This document shows, piece by piece, positions 35,766 through 44,598 of a stretch of 64,000 nucleotides of DNA. The position numbers were made by a program, and so were the translations under genes. Source of the DNA: Methanobacteriota archaeon (GTDB taxonomy: Archaea; Thermoplasmatota; Poseidoniia; Poseidoniales; Thalassarchaeaceae). The stretch is taken from positions 765 through 64,764 of the forward strand of contig PSPW01000001.1 of NCBI GenBank assembly GCA_004195615.1, read 5' to 3'. The notes below the pieces were generated by a model. That model had not been told where the DNA came from. It made no database searches and saw only the letters and a list, made by a program, of their open reading frames with translations. Every line of letters starts with the position of its first letter. The stretch's first letter is position 1.

Positions 35766-36908
35766 TCACTCGATCTCTAGGGTTGGGGGGGCTTCCTCCT
35801 GCTCCTCAGTTTGTGCTGTTTCAGACTCATCGATGTCCTCGGTGACTTCCTCAGTGCGTCCCCTGAGGCTCTGAAGACCCTCTCCCTCGGGCTCGAGAAT
35901 GTTGTAGGCGGCTTTGGTTGTGGATATCACTATGGCTCCGATCTTGTATGGATCTCCGTTCGAAGACGGCCTTCTGTCTTCCAGCCTTCCGCACCATCCA
36001 TCTTCGACTGTTCCGATTGGAATCCTAATCGAGGCACCTCTATCTGAAACACCATAGGAAAACTCGTGGATTGATTGCGTCTCATGCAGTCCGGTTAGCC
36101 TCTGTTCGTTATGGGCACCATAGACATCCATATGTTTCTTGATGTTCTTTCCGAATTCCTCGCAGACCTTGTTGAATATCGCCTCGTCGCCACAAGTCCT
36201 CAGAGTGGTGTCGGAGAAGTTGACGTGCATTCCAGAACCATTCCAGTCGGTTGCCCCGAGTGGCTTGGGGTGCAACTCTATCGTAAGTCCGTACTTCTCA
36301 GCGTTCCTCTCTGCTAGGTACCTGGCGACCCAAACCTCGTCTCCGGCATTCTTTGCTCCCTTGGCGAAGATCTGGAACTCCCATTGCCCAGGAGCCACTT
36401 CTGCATTAATCCCCTCGACATTGATTCCCGCCTCAAGGCACATGTCTAGGTGAGTCTCGATAACCTCTCTACCGTATGCGTTCTCTGCACCCACAGAGCA
36501 GTAGAACTGTCCTTGGCCTGTTGCATCATTGGGGAATCCCAGTGGGAGATTCGTCTCGGGGTCCCATAGGAAGTACTCCTGTTCGTAACCGAACCAGAAG
36601 TCAACGTCATCCTCCTCAATAGTGGCTCGACCGTTAGTGGGGTGCGGAGTGCCATCGGCACCGAACACCTCGCACATCACGAGAAATCCATTAATTCGAT
36701 CTGGGTCGGAATATATCGCTACTGGCTTCAGGAGGCAATCTGATGAGGCACCCTCAGCTTGTTTAGTGGAGCTGCCGTCGAATGACCACATCTTACAATC
36801 ATCCAGTTTCCCTGAGAAATCTGTCTCCACCATTGTCTTGCTCCTCAAGCTCTGCGTTGGTTCAAAACCATCCAGCCATATGTACTCTAATTTCGACTTA
36901 GTTGCCAT
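35766..36908 (-). CDS. glnII: Glutamine synthetase type II (eukaryote-like GSII) with acidic C-terminal tail
   Basis: LEYIWLDG..LRSKT, FDGSST, FGYEQEYFLW, EVAPGQWEFQI, HPKPLGATDWNGSGMHVNFS, NEQRLTGLHET, VSDRGASIRIP, LEDRRPSSNGDPY. Confidence 0.9.
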   Translation of the reverse strand: MATKSKLEYIWLDGFEPTQSLRSKTMVETDFSGKLDDCKMWSFDGSSTKQAEGASSDCLLKPVAIYSDPDRINGFLVMCEVFGADGTPHPTNGRATIEEDDVDFWFGYEQEYFLWDPETNLPLGFPNDATGQGQFYCSVGAENAYGREVIETHLDMCLEAGINVEGINAEVAPGQWEFQIFAKGAKNAGDEVWVARYLAERNAEKYGLTIELHPKPLGATDWNGSGMHVNFSDTTLRTCGDEAIFNKVCEEFGKNIKKHMDVYGAHNEQRLTGLHETQSIHEFSYGVSDRGASIRIPIGTVEDGWCGRLEDRRPSSNGDPYKIGAIVISTTKAAYNILEPEGEGLQSLRGRTEEVTEDIDESETAQTEEQEEAPPTLEIE

Positions 36909-36930
36909 ATCCCTTTGCCGGGTAAAGGTA

Positions 36931-37075
36931 GTTTATAGTCTGAACGTTTGAACATTAATATCTCAATATTCTGACTGATTTCATTATATTATTAATATTT
37001 ATTATACAATTGTTTTATTATTCTATAGATTAGTTGTCATTTGAGTAATAATTATTGTACTGAGTTGAAAAATCC
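36931..37075. promoter_or_regulatory. Extremely AT-rich divergent promoter region (glnII <-> MFS)
   Basis: Almost pure A/T for about 145 nt in an otherwise GC-balanced window. On the minus strand TATAAA lies about 27 nt upstream of the glnII ATG. TGAAC(G/A)TT occurs twice at 36941-36956, and TTGAACA recurs near 37080. Confidence 0.5.
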
Positions 37076-37159
37076 GCTCAATTGAACACTTGCGCAAGGG
37101 ACATTTTCCTCTAGGCCTAGGTATGTGACATTGAATAGGATGAGTCGCGAGGTGTTTCC

Positions 37160-38392
37160 ATGGGGATGTCGGATGCATGGGCGATCCCTGATTTCAGGAA
37201 ACTGGTCATCGGCAATGGCGTCAACCAGCTTGGAACCTCGATTTTCATTATTGGGATGGGTTGGACAGTGTCGCAAATCGGTGGGCCAAAGGCATACGGG
37301 ATGATATTCACTGCATATTTCCTCGGCCACCTCCCCCTGCTCCTATATGGTGGGATGGTAGTTGACCGGATGCCGAGAAGAACGGTGGCACTAGTAGCAG
37401 ATTTTGCCCAGGCTCTTATGGTCACCTTGGGAGTAATCGTCCTAGCAGTTGGATTTGGAGAAATCAAAACACTACTGGTTGTTGCTTTCTTCACCGGAGG
37501 TGCGGGGGCATTCTCGATTCCAGCGATAGGGGCACTGGTTCCAGACCTAGTTGAAGAGGAGTTACTGCCCCAAGCCAATGCCATCAGAGGAGTGGCTATG
37601 ACTGGAGCATGGATGCTCGGACCTCTGATTGGAGGTTTCTCAGTTGCATCCTGGGGGATCGAGGCATGTCTGATCCTAGATGTTTTGACTTTCGTGTTCA
37701 GCGGATTTCTCCTATTGACCATCCCAGAGATCTCGGTTGACAGGGAAGAGAGTGGTGATCTTCGAGAAGAGATCTCGGAGGCATGGGCCTTCGTGAAGAC
37801 CCAACCGTGGTTATTTGCCGGAATCGTGATGTTCATGATTTGGCACATTGGGGAATCTGCGATCGAGATTGGGATCCCATTCATCATCGAGAACAATGGG
37901 TTAGGTGCAAAGGAGTTCGGAATCTTCGGTGCGATTGGGGCTGGTGGGGCGATGATCGGCTCTGTCATTGGAGGCATTAGGCCAGTCTCGAAAGAAGTTC
38001 GAGGACTGGTATTCTATGTCTTCGTTGGAGGGATGGCCTGGTGCATGCTGATGTGGGCGATGCCCATTCCCTTCCTGCTGATTCTCGTTTTCGTATTCCT
38101 AGAGGGAGTTCTCGGTGGGACCTTGGGGGTGATTTGGCGAACCACGATGTCGGATAGCGTTGACCAGCACCTAAGGGGACGAGTGAACTCGCTGGATGCC
38201 ATAGGTTCATTGATCTTCATCCCCCTTTCTCCACTAATGGGCGGTTGGATGATCGAGGAGACCAATATCATAACCACATTTGCAATCGCAGTCTCGATCA
38301 TGCTCCTCACAACCATGGCTGGATTGGTCGTCCCCTCTTTCAGGAAATTCGAGAGGGTGGATTCAGAGCTATTCCCTATAGGGGTCGATTGA
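37160..38392 (+). CDS. MFS transporter
   Basis: 410 aa with about 12 hydrophobic helices. The N-terminus FRKLVIGNGVNQLGTSIFIIGMGW is typical of the MFS_3/EntS-like group. Confidence 0.8.
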   Translation: MGMSDAWAIPDFRKLVIGNGVNQLGTSIFIIGMGWTVSQIGGPKAYGMIFTAYFLGHLPLLLYGGMVVDRMPRRTVALVADFAQALMVTLGVIVLAVGFGEIKTLLVVAFFTGGAGAFSIPAIGALVPDLVEEELLPQANAIRGVAMTGAWMLGPLIGGFSVASWGIEACLILDVLTFVFSGFLLLTIPEISVDREESGDLREEISEAWAFVKTQPWLFAGIVMFMIWHIGESAIEIGIPFIIENNGLGAKEFGIFGAIGAGGAMIGSVIGGIRPVSKEVRGLVFYVFVGGMAWCMLMWAMPIPFLLILVFVFLEGVLGGTLGVIWRTTMSDSVDQHLRGRVNSLDAIGSLIFIPLSPLMGGWMIEETNIITTFAIAVSIMLLTTMAGLVVPSFRKFERVDSELFPIGVD

Positions 38393-38747
38393 AGTCAATC
38401 TGTCTGATGTCTACTACGAACCATCTGCTATACAGGCGACTCTGTAGGCTGAATGCTACTGCAAGAACGAAAAAGTAGAGGAACCACGAGAAGGTGGTCT
38501 TGCCCATTGAAACTGGTATTTCAGTCAGAATCACGCCATCAAAATATAGACAGGCGCAGATGTATGACACCCTTCCCAAGGTGGTCAACAGGCTCTCCTC
38601 CTCTTGTGCCATCACCCTCTTCAAGCGATTCTCCCGCCAACCGTCTGATGCCCTCTTTAGACGCCAGAATGATGTCTCAGCCTCCTTCTTCCTGTCGAAG
38701 AACGGTGGCTTCTCTCGGTCATCGGGGCTATCGATGTCCCTAGGCAT
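38376..38747 (-). CDS. Small 2-TM protein apparently co-transcribed after oppF
   Basis: The ATG lies 15 nt after the oppF stop, with GAGGGG upstream. The C-terminal half has two hydrophobic helices. Confidence 0.4.
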   Translation of the reverse strand: MPRDIDSPDDREKPPFFDRKKEAETSFWRLKRASDGWRENRLKRVMAQEEESLLTTLGRVSYICACLYFDGVILTEIPVSMGKTTFSWFLYFFVLAVAFSLQSRLYSRWFVVDIRQIDFNRPL

Positions 38748-38762
38748 TCATTCCCCTCTTGC

Positions 38763-39803
38763 TCATTCCGGAGTTTCCGAACTCCCCTTGGATTGAATTG
38801 GGTCTAGTTCCTCGATGACCTGATCGGAGAGATCTTTGGTGCAGCAGGGGCACGGTTGAACCCAGTGTCCTGGAGAAACCTCTCTGAGAGAGAGATCCAT
38901 GTCGACGCTCTTCTCCCATTCTGGATGCTGCAAGCGATGACCGAATGCACAACCCGGAGGTGGGTCGATAGGAGATGGCACGTCCCCCTCGACTAGGATG
39001 CTATCTCTCTTGGCAGACGGATCCGGCTTGGGGATGGCTGAGATTAGGACCTTGGTGTATGCATGCCTTGGGTTCCGATAAATCTCATCGGCATCGGCTA
39101 ACTCGACAATCTTTCCCAGGTACATGACTGCTACCCTGTCCGAGATATGGCGGACGACCGCTAGGTCATGGGAGATGAAAACAAAAGTAAGATTCATGCT
39201 CCTCTGTATACTCTGCAGCAGGTTCAGCACCTGGGCCTGTACGGAGACGTCCAATGCACTGGTTGGCTCATCGAGCAAGATGAATTCTGGATTCAAAGAA
39301 AGAGCCCTTGCGAGGGCTATTCTCTGCTTCTGTCCTCCTGAGAACTCGTGGGGAAATCTGGTCATGTGTTCTCTCTTCAAACCGACAGAGTCTAGGAGCT
39401 CTTCTACCTTATGAGTCAAATCGACACCATCGGAAATCCCATTCACCAGCAGGGGTTCGCCGACGATTGAGCGAACGGACATCCTGGGATTCATCGAACC
39501 ACCGGGGTCTTGGAATACTATCTGCATCTTTCGTCTGATCTCCTTGTTCGGGATCTTCCTGATGTCCTCTCCCGAATAACGAACGGAACCGCTTGTGATT
39601 GGGATCAGCCCCATTAGGACTCTTCCCAGGGTAGTCTTTCCGCATCCGGACTCGCCGACAATGCCGAGTGTCTCACCACGAGTGACATTCAGACTGACGC
39701 CGTCAACTGCCCTGACATATCTCCTAGTCTGCGACAGTAGCCCCTCCTTGATTGGGAACCATTTCTTCAGATTGGTTATCTCTAGAAGCAATTCATCTGA
39801 CAT
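38763..39803 (-). CDS. oppF: Peptide ABC transporter ATPase (OppF/DppF type)
   Basis: Start ATG 39803, 5 nt after the oppD stop. GESGCGKTT, FSGGQKQR, FILLDEPTSALD, FISHDL. Confidence 0.9.
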   Translation of the reverse strand: MSDELLLEITNLKKWFPIKEGLLSQTRRYVRAVDGVSLNVTRGETLGIVGESGCGKTTLGRVLMGLIPITSGSVRYSGEDIRKIPNKEIRRKMQIVFQDPGGSMNPRMSVRSIVGEPLLVNGISDGVDLTHKVEELLDSVGLKREHMTRFPHEFSGGQKQRIALARALSLNPEFILLDEPTSALDVSVQAQVLNLLQSIQRSMNLTFVFISHDLAVVRHISDRVAVMYLGKIVELADADEIYRNPRHAYTKVLISAIPKPDPSAKRDSILVEGDVPSPIDPPPGCAFGHRLQHPEWEKSVDMDLSLREVSPGHWVQPCPCCTKDLSDQVIEELDPIQSKGSSETPE

Positions 39804-39807
39804 TTTC

Positions 39808-41583
39808 TCACTCCCACTTATCCTCATCGGCATCCAAACAAATCGGGCATGCCTCGACCCAGTGTCCAGCACTATGCTCGATCATCTCTGGCCGGATTGT
39901 CACAGTCTCGCCCGTCCTCTCCATTCGCTGGCAGAAGCGGCAGCCATTGACGAAATCGGATGGGTTTGCAACCTGCCCGGGGATGGCCGGAAGAATTGAC
40001 TTCCGAGTGGATTCGATGTTCGGGGTGCATGCTATGAGCCCCCTTGTGTAGGCGTGTAACGGGTTTGCGAAGAGTTCGTCGACAGATGCCCTCTCAACCA
40101 CCCTTCCCGCGTACATCACCGTCACCTCATCGCACATCCCAGCTATCACCCCAAGATCATGGGTGATTAGGAGTATCGAGGTTTCCATCTCATCACGAAG
40201 GTCACGCATCAACTTGAGGATCTGCGCTTGGATTGTCACATCGAGTGCGGTAGTGGGCTCATCCGCAATCAGTAGCTTGGGTTCGCAGGACATCATCATC
40301 CCTATCATGACCCTCTGACGCATCCCTCCCGAGAGTTCGTGGGGGTACATCTTCACGACTTCCGCTGGATTGGGAATCCGGACGTCTTCGAGAATTTCAC
40401 TGACCTGTCGGGAATGTGCTGGATCCAGCCTTAGGAAGTCGAGATAAATTATCACTGGGAGTGCGAGGAGTGTGCAAACAACTGCCAACCCCATTAGCGA
40501 AGAGAATGGCATCCATAGCATCAGATAGACGACGAGAGAGACTGCACCCCCCACAAAGACTCCAGGCATGGAGTAAATCGTCCCTTTCCATAAGGAATTG
40601 ACAAAGATGCCAGGCATGCTCACGTACTCGGATTCCTTGGTGCCGGAAATCGGGTTGATTCGGTCCATGGTGACGCCGGCGCTCAATTCTCCCTCCATTG
40701 GGCCCAGCATTGCTTTTTCAGCCCCACCAATGTCCTCACCAGATGTCCCGAAAGTGATCAAGTAGTAAATGGGGAAAACCGCAATGAAGGCGAGCGAGAG
40801 GGGTTTCGCGGATTCGGCGAAACCAAGACGGTGCGCTGCGACGACGAATGCCAAGATTGAGATAATCAACGTCGTGGATTTCGGTTTAGCCTCGATTGTT
40901 CGGTAGAACAGAGTGAACGGACTGACGAGTGCCTGCCCTATACGGTTCATCATTGGCGTTTCTGGTTCCACGAGCCTGTTATGCTCACGCATCACCTCTG
41001 AGATCTGCTTTTCGACAGAGTAAAGGGGATTCAATGCAGTCATAGGCTCTTGGAAAATCATGCTTATCTCGTTCCCCCGGACCCAGCGCATGAACCTCTC
41101 ATGCTTGCGGGAGTCCGAGGAATAGTAGAAGCCCCCTCCCCATGCAGCAGCAGATACGAGCAATGAACCGAGAAACAGGTCCATACCATGGAGGGGATTG
41201 ATGAGGATCATCCAAAAGAACCCGAAAATGGACATCAGGACGGAGATGACGACGATTGAGCTGGAAATCCTCTTGATGCGCTTGGTAGATTCCGGTTCTT
41301 GGAAAACCAACTCTTCGCCCTCGTACTTGACGCTCCCCTCATCGACCTCGCAGGTGGCCAGTCCGATGGTGACAAGGGAGGTTACTGATTTACCACATCC
41401 AGACTCGCCGACTAGTCCCATGACTTGCTTCCTTTTCACATCCAAGTCTACTGAGTTTAGCGCCTCTACCGGGCCGTCAAGGGTGTCGAAGTGGACTTTG
41501 AGGCCCCTAATTTCTAGCAAGTTCTCCGACACACCTTCACCTCCTGTTCTTTGGATCAGCCACATCCCTAATGCCGTCGCCAA
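39808..41583 (-). CDS. oppD: Peptide ABC transporter ATPase (OppD/DppD type) carrying two hydrophobic insertions inside the NBD
   Basis: GESGCGKS, IFQEPMTALNP, LSGGMRQR, LLIADEPTTALD, ITHDLGV, NPLHAYTRGL. The likely true start is GTG 41532 (GGAGGTGA upstream, 5 nt after the oppC stop). Confidence 0.85.
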   Translation of the reverse strand: MATALGMWLIQRTGGEGVSENLLEIRGLKVHFDTLDGPVEALNSVDLDVKRKQVMGLVGESGCGKSVTSLVTIGLATCEVDEGSVKYEGEELVFQEPESTKRIKRISSSIVVISVLMSIFGFFWMILINPLHGMDLFLGSLLVSAAAWGGGFYYSSDSRKHERFMRWVRGNEISMIFQEPMTALNPLYSVEKQISEVMREHNRLVEPETPMMNRIGQALVSPFTLFYRTIEAKPKSTTLIISILAFVVAAHRLGFAESAKPLSLAFIAVFPIYYLITFGTSGEDIGGAEKAMLGPMEGELSAGVTMDRINPISGTKESEYVSMPGIFVNSLWKGTIYSMPGVFVGGAVSLVVYLMLWMPFSSLMGLAVVCTLLALPVIIYLDFLRLDPAHSRQVSEILEDVRIPNPAEVVKMYPHELSGGMRQRVMIGMMMSCEPKLLIADEPTTALDVTIQAQILKLMRDLRDEMETSILLITHDLGVIAGMCDEVTVMYAGRVVERASVDELFANPLHAYTRGLIACTPNIESTRKSILPAIPGQVANPSDFVNGCRFCQRMERTGETVTIRPEMIEHSAGHWVEACPICLDADEDKWE

Positions 41584-43297
41584 GTAGATTGAATCCGAGG
41601 ACTGTTGCTGCTATCGCTAGTCCGGGGTATAGCATCAAGTGTGGGTGGTACAGGAAATCGTCACGGCTCTCGGAGACGAGGATTCCCCACTCCGCCGTAC
41701 CGGGGTTGGCTCCGAGTCCGATGAACGATAACCCGGATGCGGAAAGTATCGTCCCACCTATATCGAGAGTAAATGCAACAAGCAACGGGGCCCATGCGTT
41801 TGGCAGGATGTGCCTGAACATTATCCGTCCAGGAGGCGCCCCTACGCTTCTGGCGGCTTCGACGAAGTTCATCTCCTTCACGTAGAGCACTTGACCCCTG
41901 ATCAGCCTGGCGTATCCGGGCCATCCGGTGATAATCAGAGCAGCTTGGATCTTCCAAAGTCTATCGAAGTCCTTGATCAGGACGATTTCGTCTCCACTGC
42001 CATTGGAGAAGCGAAAAAGGACCACTATGGCTACGAAAATAGCCAGAGTCCTGATAGATAGATAACGCAAAGGGTTGGTCCAGTCAAACGAATCAGCGAG
42101 TCTCTCACTGGCTCCTTCGAAATCCCAGTTCTGGATGAACTTCCTATCTGCCAGTGTGATAGCCCCGATCACCACTATGATTCCAAGCGCGGCACCGAGC
42201 CTCCAACCGAGGCTCTCGGAAATCCCGAAGAACTCAGGCCAGGCTGGAGCGGGCAGTAAACCGACGAAGAAGAAGAAGCAGAGCAAGGAGAGAAGGGGGC
42301 CACGGTATTGCATGACGATATTCATCGTTCTATCGCTAATCCTATCGCCGTCCAGAACCGTAGACAGGAGGTAAGACTGCGTGACCGTGACCAGGAATAG
42401 TATTGGAACAAGGACTCCGAACCAGACTGGGATGGTTAGGCTCATGACAGAACCGAGAGCAGCTACAAAAGCCATGGCCAGAATTAATCCGGGGACGGCA
42501 AAGAAGATGTCGCAAAACCTCATTATAACCTCGTCCACCCTACCTCCATAGTATCCACTGATGCTACCTACAATAGTGCCAATGGTAACAGTAAGGGTGG
42601 CGACGGTAAAGCCAATCTTCAGAGACACCCTAGAGCCGTAAAGCACCTTGCTGAACAGGTCCTGTCCCGTGTCGGTCGTCCCGAAGATGCAAACATCATA
42701 GCCATCTGGGAGCCATGAGTGGTGCATTGCTTCGTTGTTGAATTCGTAAGTCACCCATACCCCTAGGTTCAGAGTTGAGTTGTTGTATAGCTCGGGAGTC
42801 AGTATCAGAATGGACGAGTTTGCCGGGTCGATGTAGAGCAACGATGAGTTCAGATCGTACCCCTTAGAGTCCTCAATCTTGATAATTCGGATGACTGAGA
42901 GGGTGTCTTTGTAGTATCTATTATCCTCTCCGACCTTGTTGTGCGACTCCGCTACGACCTCTTCCAAGAAAAACTTCGACCTGGTGTTAGTGATAATCTT
43001 CTGCTCGTGCCAATCGCACTCCTCGGAGCGGGGTTCCTTCATCCTCGGCTCCCAGTCAATGACCCACTCATCCTCGGTGTCCTGGAGGTTCCTGTATGGG
43101 TGCTCGACGGCTATTTCATCAGCGAATATTGAGATCGTTGTAACGAAAATGACCATTATTAGCCCGGCTACTGCCAAAAGAGATCGGCGATAGACCTTCC
43201 ATCCCCTCCACAAATCGCTCCTAGACTGGGAAAGTGCCTGCCTTAGCCTCCTGAGGCTCTCCTTGCGATCCCCTTTCCCATCGTCCCAACTCCTCAT
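41537..43297 (-). CDS. oppC: Peptide ABC transporter permease (OppC/DppC type), enlarged
   Basis: EAARSVGAPPGRIMFRHILPNAW, GWPGYARLIRG. A large exoloop follows TM1, and there is an extra block of about 165 aa with 4 TM-like segments. Confidence 0.85.
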   Translation of the reverse strand: MRSWDDGKGDRKESLRRLRQALSQSRSDLWRGWKVYRRSLLAVAGLIMVIFVTTISIFADEIAVEHPYRNLQDTEDEWVIDWEPRMKEPRSEECDWHEQKIITNTRSKFFLEEVVAESHNKVGEDNRYYKDTLSVIRIIKIEDSKGYDLNSSLLYIDPANSSILILTPELYNNSTLNLGVWVTYEFNNEAMHHSWLPDGYDVCIFGTTDTGQDLFSKVLYGSRVSLKIGFTVATLTVTIGTIVGSISGYYGGRVDEVIMRFCDIFFAVPGLILAMAFVAALGSVMSLTIPVWFGVLVPILFLVTVTQSYLLSTVLDGDRISDRTMNIVMQYRGPLLSLLCFFFFVGLLPAPAWPEFFGISESLGWRLGAALGIIVVIGAITLADRKFIQNWDFEGASERLADSFDWTNPLRYLSIRTLAIFVAIVVLFRFSNGSGDEIVLIKDFDRLWKIQAALIITGWPGYARLIRGQVLYVKEMNFVEAARSVGAPPGRIMFRHILPNAWAPLLVAFTLDIGGTILSASGLSFIGLGANPGTAEWGILVSESRDDFLYHPHLMLYPGLAIAATVLGFNLLGDGIRDVADPKNRR

Positions 43298-44448
43298 TCT
43301 AACCTCACCCTTGGATCAATTATGGCGTACGTGATGTCGACTATGAGGTTCGAAAGGAGGAAGATTATCGATGTAACGAGGGTCACGCCCATGATTACCG
43401 TGTAGTCGATGGAAGTGATCGACGTCACTGCGACCCTCCCCATCCCGTTGAAAGCGAAGATTGTCTCGGTCAGGACCGCCCCCCCGATGGCACCTCCGAT
43501 GGAGAATCCAAGGATAGTGACAATGGGGACCAATGCGTTCCTGCAAGCGTGAACCAGGATCACTCTGGATTCGGCTAGTCCCTTCGCGCGCGCAGTCCTG
43601 ACGTAGTCCTCGTGCAGAACCTCTAGCAGGCTGGCCCTCATGTACCTCAGGAGAGATCCAGCTGACGAGACGCCGAGTGCGATGCAAGGAAGGGCTAGAT
43701 GGAGCAAGGTGTCCTTGAAGAGTAGCCATCTAGTATTCCACTCGTCAGGTATGGTGGAAAGCTTCGCATCAGACACAAACCAGCTATCGACCAAGTGGAA
43801 CCCAGTGCCACCTTCAGGGAAGAACCACACGAATCCATCTTCGGGATACGTGAAGCCCGTATCGTGCCTGCCATAGACTGGAAAGCAACCGCCATCGGTG
43901 CCGAAGATCGGATCGCACACCCCGCCCATCGCGGAACCGGTTGCGAAGTATAGCTGAAGCATCATGGCGAACCAGAAGATGGGGAGGCTGACGAAGGCGA
44001 TTCCGAAGAATCTCATGACGTGGTCGAACATCTTATCCTGCCTCACTGCACTGAGGATACCCAGGGTGATGCCCACCGGGTAGGCTATCATCAGAGCGAA
44101 GAAGGACATCTCCAGGGTAATCGGGGCGGCATCCTTGACGACATCCAAGACTGGTCTGTTGTAAGTCTCAGACTCCCCCCAATCCCCTTCGAACAGCCGG
44201 GTTACGTATTTCTTGAACTGCACGTCTACACCTTCGTTCATCCCCAGCCTCTCCCTATTGGCCTGATATGCAGTGATAGGCTCGCCATCATCGGTGTAAT
44301 CGATGATGATGCCGCACTTGTCGCCGCATTGCGTTGCAGCAGGATCAGCGGGAATCAGATGAGCAACGGAGAATGTGAAAATTACCACTCCCACAATTAC
44401 TGGGATTAGCAGAAGCAAGCGTCGGACGACGAACTCGTGCAGCTTCAT
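43294..44448 (-). CDS. oppB: Peptide ABC transporter permease (OppB/DppB type)
   Basis: YVRTARAKGLAESRVILVHACRNALVPIVT. Confidence 0.9.
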   Translation of the reverse strand: MKLHEFVVRRLLLLIPVIVGVVIFTFSVAHLIPADPAATQCGDKCGIIIDYTDDGEPITAYQANRERLGMNEGVDVQFKKYVTRLFEGDWGESETYNRPVLDVVKDAAPITLEMSFFALMIAYPVGITLGILSAVRQDKMFDHVMRFFGIAFVSLPIFWFAMMLQLYFATGSAMGGVCDPIFGTDGGCFPVYGRHDTGFTYPEDGFVWFFPEGGTGFHLVDSWFVSDAKLSTIPDEWNTRWLLFKDTLLHLALPCIALGVSSAGSLLRYMRASLLEVLHEDYVRTARAKGLAESRVILVHACRNALVPIVTILGFSIGGAIGGAVLTETIFAFNGMGRVAVTSITSIDYTVIMGVTLVTSIIFLLSNLIVDITYAIIDPRVRLE

Positions 44449-44598
44449 GTTGACTCCCCGGCGCCGGTCCGGACACCGCCCTATGACAGTTGCCGCACAC
44501 CATGTTCAAAACAGGTTTGCGATGAATTTGATTCGGCTCGACGGCGGGCTCCCGTAGGAGCCCGCCGCCGGCCTTACGTTACTCTAAGCTAGGCTTTC

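Noticed and set aside
37117-37977. 286-aa minus-strand ORF
   Set aside because: It is antisense to the MFS transporter. Its Pro/Ser/Ile-rich low-complexity translation is typical of a shadow ORF.
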